From the NCBI GenBank assembly GCA_964016885.1, contig OZ024742.1, forward strand, positions 363,692,001 to 363,756,000: a DNA stretch of 64,000 bases, given 5' to 3'. This stretch comes from Eledone cirrhosa (taxonomy: Eukaryota). Below are positions 43,330 to 56,439 of this stretch, in pieces. The stretch's first letter is position 1. Every line of letters starts with the position of its first letter. The position numbers were made by a program, and so were the translations under genes. Under the pieces are notes generated by a model. It worked only from the letters and a program-made list of their open reading frames with translations, was not told the DNA's origin and searched no databases.

Positions 43330-45030
43330 ATGGATTACTACAGCATCACAACTTCACTTAAAGACATACCTATTCCGGGAAAAACTGAATACACAAAACT
43401 TTTGATAGAAAAAAACGGACTCTTTCGTGCGGAGTCTCAGATGGATCGCACATTTCCATGACCAGCGCTTAAAAGGAAATTTTTATAGAAGGGAACCTGA
43501 TAATCTCGATTCATTATTTAACTCCAGTAAACGGCGGTAAATTGGCAGTATCGGTAGAGGGTTGGACGCCATGCTTTCTAGCACAGTTACATGCCTTTAC
43601 AGTCTGAGTTCAAATCCAGCCGAGGTTAACTTTGCCTTTCATCCTTACGGGGTCGATAAAATAAAGTACCAGTAATGTACTGGGTAATTGCTGACCTTGT
43701 GCCTAAAGTAGAAACAATTATTTAACTCCAGAAGAAATTCTCCCTTTAATAAAAACTTAGCACATTTTGAAAACGAATTAACTAAAATTATACGAGGACT
43801 TAAATTCAAAAGAAACCCCTATCGAGGCCAGGGACACCTTATCAACCTTAAGAATAAAATTAATGACCTTAATTCCTTTAAAAACGTTTTAGTTCATTCT
43901 GACAAAACAAATAATATATATGGCATAAGTAAGGAAAATATAATAACCTTATCCTTAAAGAACGAAAAAAAAGATTATCATAAAACTACGCACGATAATC
44001 TTGCATATGAGATAATAACCAAACTCGGTATTGAGAAAAAAAACCGAACCCTTCTTCACAAGAATTCCGAGGATTAGTCTGAAGGATCACAAAAGAAATT
44101 TTCGAACGGACTTGCCTGTAAGACTAATTGCCCCTTCTAAATCTGACCTAGGGGTTGTTAGTAAATCCATCTTGGATAGAATTATCCCACAGGTTAGGTC
44201 TAAATCTCAATTAAATGTATGGTTGGGTTCTTCTGATGTAATAGACTGGTTCAATGACCTGAATAATAAAAACAAACTGAAATTTATTTAATTAGACATT
44301 GATAGCTATTACTCTTCTATTTCTCCTTCACTCCTAAACAAGGCTCTCTTATATGCGTTAAAATACACGGACATTACTTGTGAAGAAATAAACATCATTC
44401 TCACCGCAAGGAAAACCATCTTGGAATTTAACAATGAATATTGGACAAGAGCGGATACTTCCAACAATTTCGACTTCACCATGGGTTCGTCGGATTCAGC
44501 TCAATTGACCGACTTGGTTGGAATTTTCATCTTGAAATCTTTAAACTGGAATATTCCTCAACTTCGCGGTGGAATTTATCGTGATGATGCTCTTTTTACT
44601 GTCTCTAATTGTCACAAAGTAAACTTTAATATTATTAAGAAAAATATATTTGATCTATTTAAGCATCTTAACTTAAAAATTGAATTCGAGAATAATGATA
44701 AATTAGCAAATTTCCTTGATATATCCCTTAATCTAGATACCGGCCTATATTACCCATACCATAAGGATACTGAGAACCTAAATTTCGCTAACTTTAAATC
44801 TAACCACCCTAATAATGTTAAAACTACTATAGTCAGAAATGTAGAAAAAAGAATTTCTAATTTATCCTCTAATAAAGATACCTTCGAAGCTAATGCCAAC
44901 TATTATAATAACGCGCTATCTAGGGCTGGATATCCAGACAAAATTAGATATACTAATCTTGGCAGAACTTATAGTAACTCTAGTAATGTAGCTAGTAATA
45001 ATCATACCACTAACAAAAGGAGGAGACCTG
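43330..45030 (+). pseudogene. Penelope-like element ORF (N-terminus + RT), disrupted and 3'-truncated
   Basis: MDYYSITTSLKDIPIP; LKDHKRNF..VRLIAPSKSDLG; LDIDSYYSSI; FDFTMGSSDSAQLTDLVG; GIYRDD; FLDISLNL; SNHP. Confidence 0.9.
43533..43720 (+). mobile_element. SINE S1 inserted in the Penelope ORF
   Basis: TSD ATTATTTAACTCCAG on both sides. Confidence 0.88.
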
Positions 45031-45628
45031 GTCAAATTTATTTAGTTACCTACCTAGCTATGTGTGGTTACACACTTGTAAAAATTATCTCCTGTGATTA
45101 TTCATGTTTATTTATATTAATCAATTTCTAGTTATTATAAAATGCTCGGAACTACTCGTTAGAATCTTAGAGCTTATTTTGCGGGTGATATGGCGCATGT
45201 CTTTCTGGCATAACACCCATAATTTTGATTTAGATTAAATTCATTTGATTTATCTTAATTTTGGATATAGATATATAAATACGGCTCCTTAATTGTAGAG
45301 CTAACTCTGTTGAAAGGACTCGACTGCTGTTTCTAGTTGTCAATAACCCTATTCATGCCACTGGGACGAAGCTAGTATGATGTGTGTATTTCTAGTAGAT
45401 ATAGCACGTATTGCTGGCCAGTCGCTGATTTGAACTTGAAGTGTAAACACTGATCGCTGGAACTTCTTCCTTGTTGAAAATCCAAGTATCCGCTTCCGTG
45501 GTTTACCATTCGATTAATTGGTGAAATATATTTCTTTAATGGAATATATACAGCTATGTGTGGTTACACACTTGTAAAAATTATCTCCTGTGATTATTCG
45601 TTTATTTATATGTTAATCAATTTCTAGT

Positions 45629-45696
<68 letters not shown>

Positions 45697-45704
45697 TATA
45701 TATG

Positions 45705-45748
<44 letters not shown>

Positions 45749-45813
45749 TGATGTAATTCCGTCGGAAAAGTCCAGGAAAAAAGAGTGCTCTATGTAGGTT
45801 ACAGAGCTTAATT

Positions 45814-46049
45814 GTTATGTAATAAACAACATAAGATAATTATTACATTTACCAGTGGTTCCTTGAAAGCAAACAAATCTGCTTTCAGTCATCAGAATGA
45901 AAAAATCCAGGTGTTTTTATTGAATGTGGATATCCACATTCAATAAAAACACCTGAATTTTTTCATTGTGATGACTGAAAGCAGATTTGTTTGCTTTCAA
46001 GGAACCACTGGTAAATGAAATAATTATCTTATGTTATTTATTACATAAC
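45814..46049. repeat. Spacerless ~236-bp palindrome containing a stem-II-less HHR-like core
   Basis: Centre GTGGAT/ATCCAC at 45931/45932; CTGATGA-CT-GAAA-GCA..TGC-TT on the minus arm. Confidence 0.85.
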
Positions 46050-46066
46050 TATATATATATACCAGG

Positions 46067-46119
46067 AAGCTTCCTGATGATTTCTCACTAATGAAACAGT
46101 TCTAGTCCTGTAGCAGCTT
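46067..46119 (+). ncRNA. Hammerhead (P2 family)
   Basis: AAGCTTC-CTGATGA-tttctcactaat-GAAA-CAG..CTG-TA-GcAGCTT. Confidence 0.6.
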
Positions 46120-46222
46120 TTCTATACTAAAACATTTATACTTACTGTGGTTACCCCCGATTCAACCCGGAATATTGATATATATATATATATATGTATA
46201 TATATGTATATATATATATATT

Positions 46223-46864
46223 TGTAACCCATATGAAACCACGCAGCACGCCATGTTTTCATATTTTTTATATATATTTTGTTCCGCTGTGACCGGTCTG
46301 TTTCTTTCTTACTGCTTCCCCTTTTCTCTGTATCTCACACTTCATTTTACCCCCTCTACCAGTCACTCTCTCTGTTAGCCTCTACCTCACACTTTCACTC
46401 ACTCATTCTCTGCTACTCCCTCTCCTACTTCCTCCCGTTTGACCTGTGCAAGATTCTTTCCTCACTGACACTTCGACCAGGTCGGATGGTCTCTATTCTC
46501 TCTCGTCTACGATTTCACAGACCTTATGTTCATCGATTTCAGGGACTTGACTCCTTCTTCCTCCCGTTTGACCTGTGCGAAATTCTTTCCGTACTCACAT
46601 TTCGACCAGGTTTGATGGTCTTTTTTTCTCTCTCGTCCACGATTTCACAGAACTTATGTTCATCGATTTTAGGGACTTGACTCCTTCTTCCTCGCTTTTC
46701 GTTGCATTACTATCTTTGTTTGTTTACTGTCTGGCTCGTTCTCCCTATTTACGTGTCCCAACGACTTTATTTAGCCGTTGCTCACACCAACCAGAGGTAT
46801 ATGGTCTTTAAAGCAATGAAATACCAATGAAGGCTGAATGATCACTGATGAAGGAATAACTTTA

Positions 46865-46870
<6 letters not shown>
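46223..46870 (+). mobile_element. Unclassified repeat with ~130-bp internal duplication ending in a half HHR
   Basis: Homologous to 63283-63730 (CCTCACACTTTCACTCACTC, GAGGTATATGGTCT, CACTGATGA). Confidence 0.55.
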
Positions 46871-46930
<60 letters not shown>

Positions 46931-46932
<2 letters not shown>

Positions 46933-47238
46933 TTATTCCGGGTTGAATCGGAGGTAACCACACTAAGTAAGGTACTCAATACATAGCAGAGTATACATTT
47001 TTAATATAGAGAGCTTCTACAGGACTACAACTGTTTCATTTGTGAGAAATCATCAGGAAGCTGGTTGTCCAAGAAAATGGTAGTATTTATATATTTCCTT
47101 ATCTGAGGGTAGGAGAGCGTGGGGATTCAACCTCTCCTTCCACCAATTAAGGAAATATATAAATACTACCATTTACTTGGACAGCCAGCTTCCTGATGAT
47201 TTCTCACGAATGAAAGAGGCCTAGTCCCGGAGAAGCTC

Positions 47239-47240
<2 letters not shown>
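46931..47240. mobile_element. P2 LTR fold-back with two HHRs
   Basis: 47011-47101 is inverted to 47149-47239; the plus-arm HHR 47187-47237 has a mutated stem III. Confidence 0.8.
47012..47062 (-). ncRNA. Type-I hammerhead (P2 family)
   Basis: AGCTTC-CTGATGA-tTT ctcac AAat-GAAA-CAG ttgtagtc CTG-TA-GAAGCT. Confidence 0.75.
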
Positions 47241-47286
<46 letters not shown>

Positions 47287-47464
47287 TCATAAAAACAATG
47301 AATAAAAACAAAGAACAAGTTCCTTATATTTATAAATTCATCATTTTACGATCGTTTCTAAGATATATATTTTTGCTGGTATGTATATCATATAGATCTA
47401 TGTAAAAATATTAAAAACTATCAGAGGAAATATACATACCTTCATATATATATGCTGTCTTCAG

Positions 47465-47497
<33 letters not shown>

Positions 47498-47500
<3 letters not shown>

Positions 47501-49690
47501 ATAATAATAAATTTGAAGACTAAAATCCAAAGAGGGCTCGATAAGGATAAATATATATCAAATATATAAGAACCGTAGAGCAAATATTTATTAAAATAAC
47601 AGATCAAAGTTTAAGCAAAGAATCGCTGCTTTCACCCTTAACGGGATCTTCTGAAAGTAACAAAGTCAATCTGTAAACGCAGAAGTGGATATTTCAAAAA
47701 ACGTTGCAACCGGAGGAAGATAGGAAGACGATACTTCGGTTCGTGGAAACGTTGGCTGGCAAAGAACGGGAAAAAACGAATATAATACGTCATTAATAGG
47801 AGCGGTGAAAAACAATTACGCGCAAAGACAGAACCACGTTTATGGTATAAAAGAGGTCGTAGACTGAAAAAGAAATTGTAAGATAATAGAGTTAATGTAC
47901 ATCCAGATTCAGGTATTAAATATATACACAAACAAGTATGATAGCACGCGTATAAACACACACACATGCGCGACCACATACATGTGAGTGATATATACAG
48001 GGAAGGGAGTGTATCAGTCAAAGCAGTGTCAGTCTGAGGCTCGATACATATATAAAAATGAAACAATATATGAGAATAAAAAAAAGATTTTAAATCAAAG
48101 AGAAAGTAAGAGGGAGGGGTTATCAATTATAAATTAACACTAGAAAAAATAGAAAACAAACATAGGTTCGTACGTACACATAAATATATATATAAATATA
48201 TATATAAATACGTACAGACAAAAGCACATACATGCGTACATACATACAAAGGCGCGCATACATACACACGAAGCACATATATATAGGCAAAGGTATATCT
48301 AATCACACGCACGTACGCGACCATATATATATATATATATACATACATACACATATATATATATATATACATACATATACACATACATGCACCCACACAC
48401 ACACGTATATATAAGTATGTAAAAAACATACATATAAAACACACACATACACACATATACACACACAAGCGCACATAGGAATGCGTTCGTATACATATAC
48501 AGACACGCATACACACACATGAACACACACACACGCATAGATACAAATTAAAAACCAGCCGTATGAATAAATGAATACAAATTATACATACATAAAAGCG
48601 GCTGAGAGACAACAGAATATATCTGGAGTTGAAAATGCAAGTGACAGTGATATCAGGTAGTGAAAGAAAATGGGGAAATAAAATGTGTGGAATTGTGAAG
48701 ATATTAGGTTAGTGAATAAAAAAGCAAGGGGTGAGGGGACTGGTGGATGTGAAGTAAAAATAAAGTTAAAAATAAAAATAAAAGTAAATCAGAAAGAGAA
48801 GTCTGTAAAGAGGATAATTTAAGGAAAGTGAAGAATAAGAGTTTATGGAGGATAATATCTGAAAGTGAGTTAAGTTTATATGAGCTGGAAAGCAAGTGTG
48901 ATTTCATGTATGGGCAACTGGTGAAAATTTCTGTTTTTGCATTTAGGCAGGTTTATATATATATTTATATATATATTTATATATATATTTATATATATAT
49001 ATATGTGTACGTACGAACCTATGTTTGTTTTCTATTTTTTCTAGTGTTAATTTATAATTGATAATCCCTCCCTCTTACTTTCTCTTTGATTTAAAAAAAA
49101 TTTTCTATTCTCATATATTGTTTCATTTTTATATATATATCGAGCCTCAGACTGACACTGCTTTGACTGATACACTCCCTTCCCTGTGTATATCACTCGC
49201 ATGTATGTGGTCGCGCATGTGTGTGTGTTTATACGTGTGCTATCATACTTGTATGTGTATATATTTAATACCTGAATCTGGATGTACGTTAACTCTATTA
49301 TCTTACAATTTCTTTTTCAACATATATTATATACGTATTTGTGGTCACACATACACTGTTATGCTTGCCCTCATATATGTACTTACGCACACATTTTTCA
49401 CTATACACATGCATTTGTACATACACACATATGTACATTTGTGAGTGAATAGACACTTTAAACACTACCCTAACTATATTTCCTTATTTTATTTTTATAT
49501 ATCTCTTGCATTACTTTTATTTATATATTTTTTTGCCCGTTAAACTTTTGCCTTTGTTGAGGAGATTTTTCAAATATTTCACTATGTTTTAAATTGCCTT
49601 GTCCGACGAACGAATGAGGACGTTTTTTGTATTCGTCTTATTCGGGAAACCTCTGGTAATGAGGTAATTATATTGTATTGTTTATTATAC
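47498..49690. mobile_element. Large divergent Penelope-type 3'UTR/LTR insertion with ~340-bp inverted repeat
   Basis: ~47866-48205 is inverted to ~48975-49320; left end is P1 LTR with HHR-like motif 47608-47658 (-); right end has HHR 49592-49669 (+). Confidence 0.7.
49592..49669 (+). ncRNA. Type-I hammerhead with variant core CCGACGA
   Basis: 11-bp stem I AATTGCCTTGT/ATGAGGTAATT; long stem II CGAATGAGGACG/CGTCTTATTCG; GAAA-CC tct GG-TA. Confidence 0.75.
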
Positions 49691-49733
<43 letters not shown>

Positions 49734-50365
49734 CGGATAAACCCGTTCGAGCTTACATTAACAGAACCATCTGAATTATTAATGGTGTTCGCAACATCGC
49801 TGCAGATTCACCAGTTTTGAAATGTTTATTTTTCCAGCTTCGCCTTTCTAATAAATCTTCTGTTATATATTTTTAACATAGATTTTATACAGTTTGAGTT
49901 CTCTTCAAACTTTTGCAGTCTTTTTATAAGCTAAAATATCCAGAGACTAAAACTCTACTTACTATACTACATTAACTTAATAGTTGTTAAGATAAAAGAC
50001 CTATTGATATTATTCCTGAAAAAATACAAAACAAAAAAGATAGTACACATTTCTTTATAGTCTTCTTCTTCCCGACTTCCTAATATATTTCTCTCTCCCT
50101 TCGCCTCTTTCTCTCCCTTGCTCCCTGTCTCTCTCCCACTCTCTCTGTGCCCATCTCTCTTCCTTTACGTCTGTTTTCTCTGTCATTGTTTCTATCCAAG
50201 TCAATCCCAGTATTTAATTCTCTATTTCAATCTTTCAGTCAATATGTCTCGTCCCGTTATGGGTTGTTCCGCTAAACACTACACATATGCGCACATATAT
50301 ATATATATACATACATACATATATATTCATGTCTATATATGCAATTTATATATCTATATCTATCT

Positions 50366-50415
<50 letters not shown>

Positions 50416-50417
<2 letters not shown>

Positions 50418-50810
50418 ATATTAATTCAAAATATTAACAAAAATAGACATTCGTGTGATCAAGTATATTTTATTATACATATTTCAGAGGTACTGAGCTA
50501 ACTTCAACAGTACGTCCTCATCAGATAAAATAAGATGATGCATGACATACCCTGACATAGTAGCTGGTTAAGATTCAGTCATGGTAGTAATATGACTGAA
50601 TGGTACTACCATGGTACTACCATGGTACTACCATGGTACTACCATGACTGAATCTTAACCATCTACTATGTCAGGGTATGTCATGCATCATCTTATTTTA
50701 TCTGATGAGGACGTACTTTTGAAGTTAGCTCAGTACCTCTGAAATATGTATAATAAAATATACTTGATCACACGAATGTCTATTTTTGTTAATATTTTGA
50801 ATTAATATTA
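50416..50810. mobile_element. Fold-back Penelope-type LTR with two HHRs (50466-50532 minus, 50694-50760 plus)
   Basis: ~173-bp arms; TATTTTAT-CTGATGA-..GTACT..AGTAC..-GAAA-TATGTA-TA-ATAAAATA; centre (ATGGTACTACC)4. Confidence 0.85.
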
Positions 50811-51008
50811 ATAACTCCGGAAAACCATTCTGTTGAGTGCTTCCAATCTATTTGAAAACTCATTCTTTGATTTATTCATTGAACCTTGTTTAACATTTAA
50901 ATATATATATATATATATGCAAAAGTTCTATTTAAATTGTTGGGATACAACAAGTAAATATTTTTATAACTGATATAAAGCACTCGACAAGTATTTCGAG
51001 TAGATACA

Positions 51009-51359
51009 CGATATTAATAAATGGAAACTACTATATTTATAAAACCATATTTATTTCATTATACATATTTCAAGGATACCAAGTTAAATTATGGTATGCC
51101 TTCATCAGACAAAATACAATATATATCAGTTTTACAAATAAGCATTGACGTACCCTTTCAAAATGCGACCATTACTTTTGCTGATATCCTCCAAAAGTAA
51201 TGGTCGCATTTTGAAAGGGTACGTCAATGCTTATTTGTAAAACTGATATATATTGTATTTTGTCTGATGAAGGCATACCATAATTTAACTTGGTATCCTT
51301 GAAATATGTATAATGAAATAAATATGGTTTTATAAATATAGTTTCCATTTATTAATATC

Positions 51360-51360
<1 letters not shown>
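51009..51360. mobile_element. Fold-back Penelope-type LTR with two HHRs (51052-51116 minus, 51256-51320 plus)
   Basis: ~170-bp arms, 11-nt spacer; TATTTTGT-CTGATGA-AGGcATACCA..TGGTATCCTT-GAAA-TATGTA-TA-ATGAAATA. Confidence 0.85.
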
Positions 51361-51423
<63 letters not shown>

Positions 51424-51824
51424 ACATACGTATTCACTATATTTGTATGGAAGTTTACCTTTTATACTCTTTCATTTCAGTTCATATATCATTCGATAAT
51501 TCCATTATTCCAAGTATATCAGTATTATCCTGGGATCATTCCTCTTCACTTCGGTAGTTTTGATTGGACAAGACTTGAAGCAAGAAAATTCCTGATTGGT
51601 ATTATAAAATCGATGATGATATTCACAATACACCAATGAATTGAGCAAGTTAATAAACGGGTTGAAGATTTAAAAAGGAAACTTAAGAAGAGACAGTGTT
51701 GTAAATGTTTTGAAGCATAATTATTGAAAAAACAAAAGTGGATATTGTGAAGAACGTTACTGATTCTGATGGGGATGATGATGATGACCATCGTCAGGAT
51801 ACTGATATACACACACACACACAT

Positions 51825-51920
<96 letters not shown>

Positions 51921-51941
51921 ATGCCCATGTATATACATATC

Positions 51942-51972
<31 letters not shown>

Positions 51973-52626
51973 GTGTTAGTTAAGTGTCTGTGACAAGGAA
52001 AACAATCAATTGAAAAGAGGTTCACACACACACACACACACAATACCATACAAACACTCACACATACACACAATGACATAAAAACATACACTACACGCAC
52101 TAACTGACACTCACTGACAAACATACACTACAAGCACTGACACACACACATACACACTAACTGACACACATACACACTTCAAGCACTAACTGACACACTG
52201 ACATACATACTAACTGACAAACATACACTACAAGCACTGATACACACACAGGCACCAACTAACATATATAAACTGATAATCACTAGAGAGATATTTCTTT
52301 GTTCAATAGCATTGGTTTCATGTGCGTTGATCACAAGTCGAGAAATATTGTATCGATAATGTGTATTAATGGAATATATCGACCCTGATGGTAAAGAAGA
52401 GAAACTCTGTCTCAATGGGATTTGAACTTATGTAAGAACCTTCGTAAATGAAATACACCATCTCTATCACCTGACCATTCCTGTTAATAAATATTAGTGC
52501 ATACCTTTGGCAGGGAATTACTAAATCTTAAACTCTCAATATTTCTTACACAACCACATTACTCTTGGGAGATTTTAGCGGAGAACTATTTCTTGTGAGA
52601 GTTCTGGTCAAGTATCATCCTCACTC

Positions 52627-52664
<38 letters not shown>

Positions 52665-52667
<3 letters not shown>

Positions 52668-53830
52668 CCCGGGGTGCCAGTCCTGATTTTTAACAGATGT
52701 CCTCGTCAGACAAAATACATAGGCGATGTATGATTTTTCATGATATGCTGTTAGTCAAACGAGCTGGTTAGATCAGTGAACCACCAAACATATGACAAGA
52801 AAACTCAACATAGGAGGTTACATGAGAATAATGATAGTCGGTTTAAACGTTTTAGAAATTATTTAAAATATGACGTAATTAGATTGGTCAAAAGAATAAA
52901 ACAAAAATTGACGGTTATTCAGTTTATATGTTGCTTATATTCAATTAACGTAGGTATTAAATGAAAGAAATATATTATATCAAAGGAAAAAAAGAAAATT
53001 CTAGGAAACGAAAGCAGTATTATGAAAATATAATAATAAGGGGGAAAAAATTTGGATTACAAATTCGTAATTAAGTTATCTTTCTTTATTTATAATTTGA
53101 TATTGAAATTATATGAGCGGAAAAGTATTTAATAATTAATTTGGATTTTTTTTATATATAACTTAGTACGTTATAATGCTATTCGGTAAATTATTTAGTT
53201 CAAAAGAAAGGAAATTATTACCGTGGTCAAATTTATCAATTCAACAATTTTTTTATTTAAATAGGTAATATATTAATAGAAGGGACTATAAATACTTTGT
53301 GTAACTATTTTAGAAAGAAAAAATGAATACATTATAGCCTAATTTATCAATTTATATTAAATTTAATTCATTCAACTACAACCTACAGTTAAAGTAGATG
53401 AAAAATTGTAACGGAGAAAAATTAGTTCACTTATTTTGTCCTACAATCTAGATTTTCAAAATAAAGACAAAATCGCTTAAACATTATATATAAAGGAATA
53501 ATACCTATTTTGTTATTTTTTATCAAGCTTAAATAAAACTCTAAACGTTTTCGAGAATCTGTGGAGGTAAGATTAATTTTCTGTTATTAATAATATAAAG
53601 AATTTCAATGGTATAGAGGTTACAACTCTTAGAAATGGAAGAATATTTATAAGGTAGAATATTAGAAAGTTTATACCAAGTAAGAGAATATTCCATATTC
53701 TTATTCTTAAGCGACCAAATTAACTCTGATAAAGCTGTACTAAATCTTTTATCTTCTCTCTTGAACGTGTGACTATGGTTATACCACCTTTCTTTCAATT
53801 TAGTTTCATTGTTTATGTTATACATAAAGC
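52665..53830 (-). mobile_element. Penelope-like 3' fragment (GIY-YIG end, 3'UTR, half HHR)
   Basis: LKERWYNHSHTFK..STALSELIWSLK..YSLTW..CNL..E (53541-53825); TATTTTGT-CTGACGA-GG at ~52701-52717. Confidence 0.75.
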
Positions 53831-53948
53831 ATTACACTAGATTCAAAATATATATAATGAAATAAATAGAGATGATATGAAGTATATATCTTTCGTTTAT
53901 TACTATTATTATATATATATATATATATTATTATATATATATATTATA

Positions 53949-54030
<82 letters not shown>

Positions 54031-54046
54031 ATATATATATATTATA

Positions 54047-54127
<81 letters not shown>

Positions 54128-54161
54128 ATATATATATATTATTATATATATATATTATATA

Positions 54162-54234
<73 letters not shown>

Positions 54235-54950
54235 TAGATGTACACGAGCACACACACACACTCACACACATATATATATGTGTGTGTGTGTGTTTGTGAT
54301 TGTGTGTTATAGTAATCTTCCAAAAAACCAGTACGATCAATTCTATCTCTGGATATGATCAATAATTCACCCAATTATTTCCCCTTACATAAGACATATT
54401 TCTTTCTTGTAAGACTTCAAGATATTATACATGTTTACTCTTTCCTATCTACAAACTATAAAATGTCATTTTCTTACAATTCCCAAACTTCTCAAACTTC
54501 TCTTACCTTTCTTCCTTTTCTTCTTTGAATCTGATTTTATGGAGACTATTTTATTTACTCAATTGCTAAAATTTCACTATTCTAAGTCTCTCCTCCATCT
54601 TAAACTCGCCCAACCTCCCTACGATCTATTATTGATCCATTCCTTTGATCTTTTCGCCCATCATCACAACTATCCTCCACTAATCCACATTTAAAATGAT
54701 CACTTAGCATTACCGATTATTTACTTTTTATTTTATCATATTTATTTATTCATTTTTCTTTTTACAATTTTGCTTATTCGACATATCAATATTTATTCCA
54801 TTTGAAAGTATATTTTATATATTTTAGATACTATATTTCTTAAATTCTCTCCTATATTAATGCGGCATTTAGAGATGAAGTTCAATCGTATCCATACCAG
54901 TCTCTATGTATACCTATCTCTATCTATCGTACACACACATACACACATAT

Positions 54951-55005
<55 letters not shown>

Positions 55006-55021
55006 CACAGACACAGACACA

Positions 55022-55058
<37 letters not shown>

Positions 55059-55061
55059 ACA

Positions 55062-55112
<51 letters not shown>

Positions 55113-55872
55113 TTATTTGAATGTGTATGTGTTCAATACCTGATAATCTTTACTCTATCCTTCGGAGTTACGCCGATACAAAGAAGTTTTGAAATATATA
55201 GAAACACTTTAAAACATACATTCTTATTGCAGAGAAACTGGGGATTTGATATCATTGAGTTAAATGCTCTCAATAATCTTGTTATAATTTCTATTTATCT
55301 TTACCCTCCATTCATGTTTTGTATTCAAACGCATCCCAATGCAATTCTAACTTTCATCCTGTTTGTATCAACAGAAATCTTTACCTGAATTGAACACAAT
55401 GTTGATACAATCAACTCTAGCCCTTCACTACAAACTAGGCCATTGTGACATCAAGAAAACAAATAATGAATTCCTGGTGATATGAGAGAGACTGTAATGT
55501 CACCAGGAAGTTCTGTCTTTTCCTTGCTCTGTCACATTGAAGTGATAAAACCTTAACTAGCTGTTACTTCATGGTCCCAGCAGATACAACTGCAAGTATG
55601 GGAAAACCGACACAAAACCGACACAAAATGTTAATCATTATTTTCATGCATATGTATGTATATATGGTTGTGTTAGGGTGGGTATTTCTATATGTGGCTC
55701 GATGTGAGTGTGACTGTGTGTTTATGTATGTGTGAATGTGTGTGTGAATGTGTGTGTGTGAATGTGTGTGTGTGTTGTGTGTGTATGTATGTGTGTGTGT
55801 TTGAGTCAGAGTGCCAGTGAAATGTCTACCACCCGAGCTCATTTTTTGTAGGTAAGAAACATATGCCAGGCA

Positions 55873-56400
55873 TACATGTTTCAGGGTCATTACCCTTCAT
55901 CAGGGCTGTATACCTCTGCCAGTCTGTTGAACGGTTGACATTATATAGTATTTTCTTAAGGACACATCGGCTGAGTAACCTCATTTGCATAATGGACGAG
56001 TTACGACTGGCCTTGCCGAATATTAGAAATAAAATTAGAATTTCTCAAAGCCATAACTCGTGAAACCGAGAAATAAAATTATCTTTTTATTTTTAATATT
56101 CGGTAAGGCCAGCCGTAACTTGCTTTTTATGCAAATGAGGATACTCAGCCGATGTGAACTTAAGAAAGTACTATATGTTGTCAACCGTCCAACAGATTGG
56201 CAGAGATATACAGTCCTGATGAAGGATAATGACCCTGAAACATGTTGATTGTTCCTCAAAGCCAGTGTTGAACAAACAGGTGACGATCGGTCACCGGCAC
56301 GGTACAGCTTCAAATCGGGCCGTTTGTTTACAAACGAATCGAACATTATTACTGATATTCGATATAACCCATACGTACATATATGTACATGTATGTGTGT
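55873..56400. mobile_element. Retrozyme-like family C, fold-back
   Basis: Minus arm 55873-56035 vs plus arm from ~56085; octamers 55983-55990 and 56129-56136; downstream CAGTGTTGAACAAA.AGGTGACG shared with family A. Confidence 0.8.
56211..56251 (+). ncRNA. Minimal type-I hammerhead (family C); second copy at 55873-55908 on the minus strand
   Basis: CAGTC-CTGATGA-AGGaT aatg AcCCT-GAAA-CATG-TT-GATTG; minus copy has perfect AGGGT/ACCCT and a GUA site. Confidence 0.8.
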
Positions 56401-56405
56401 GTATG

Positions 56406-56434
<29 letters not shown>

Positions 56435-56439
<5 letters not shown>

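Noticed and set aside
55443-55537. Imperfect hairpin (TTCCTGGTGA/TCACCAGGAA) as a pre-miRNA
   Set aside because: Pairing is short and interrupted, with no recognisable mature sequence; more likely a decayed inverted-repeat element
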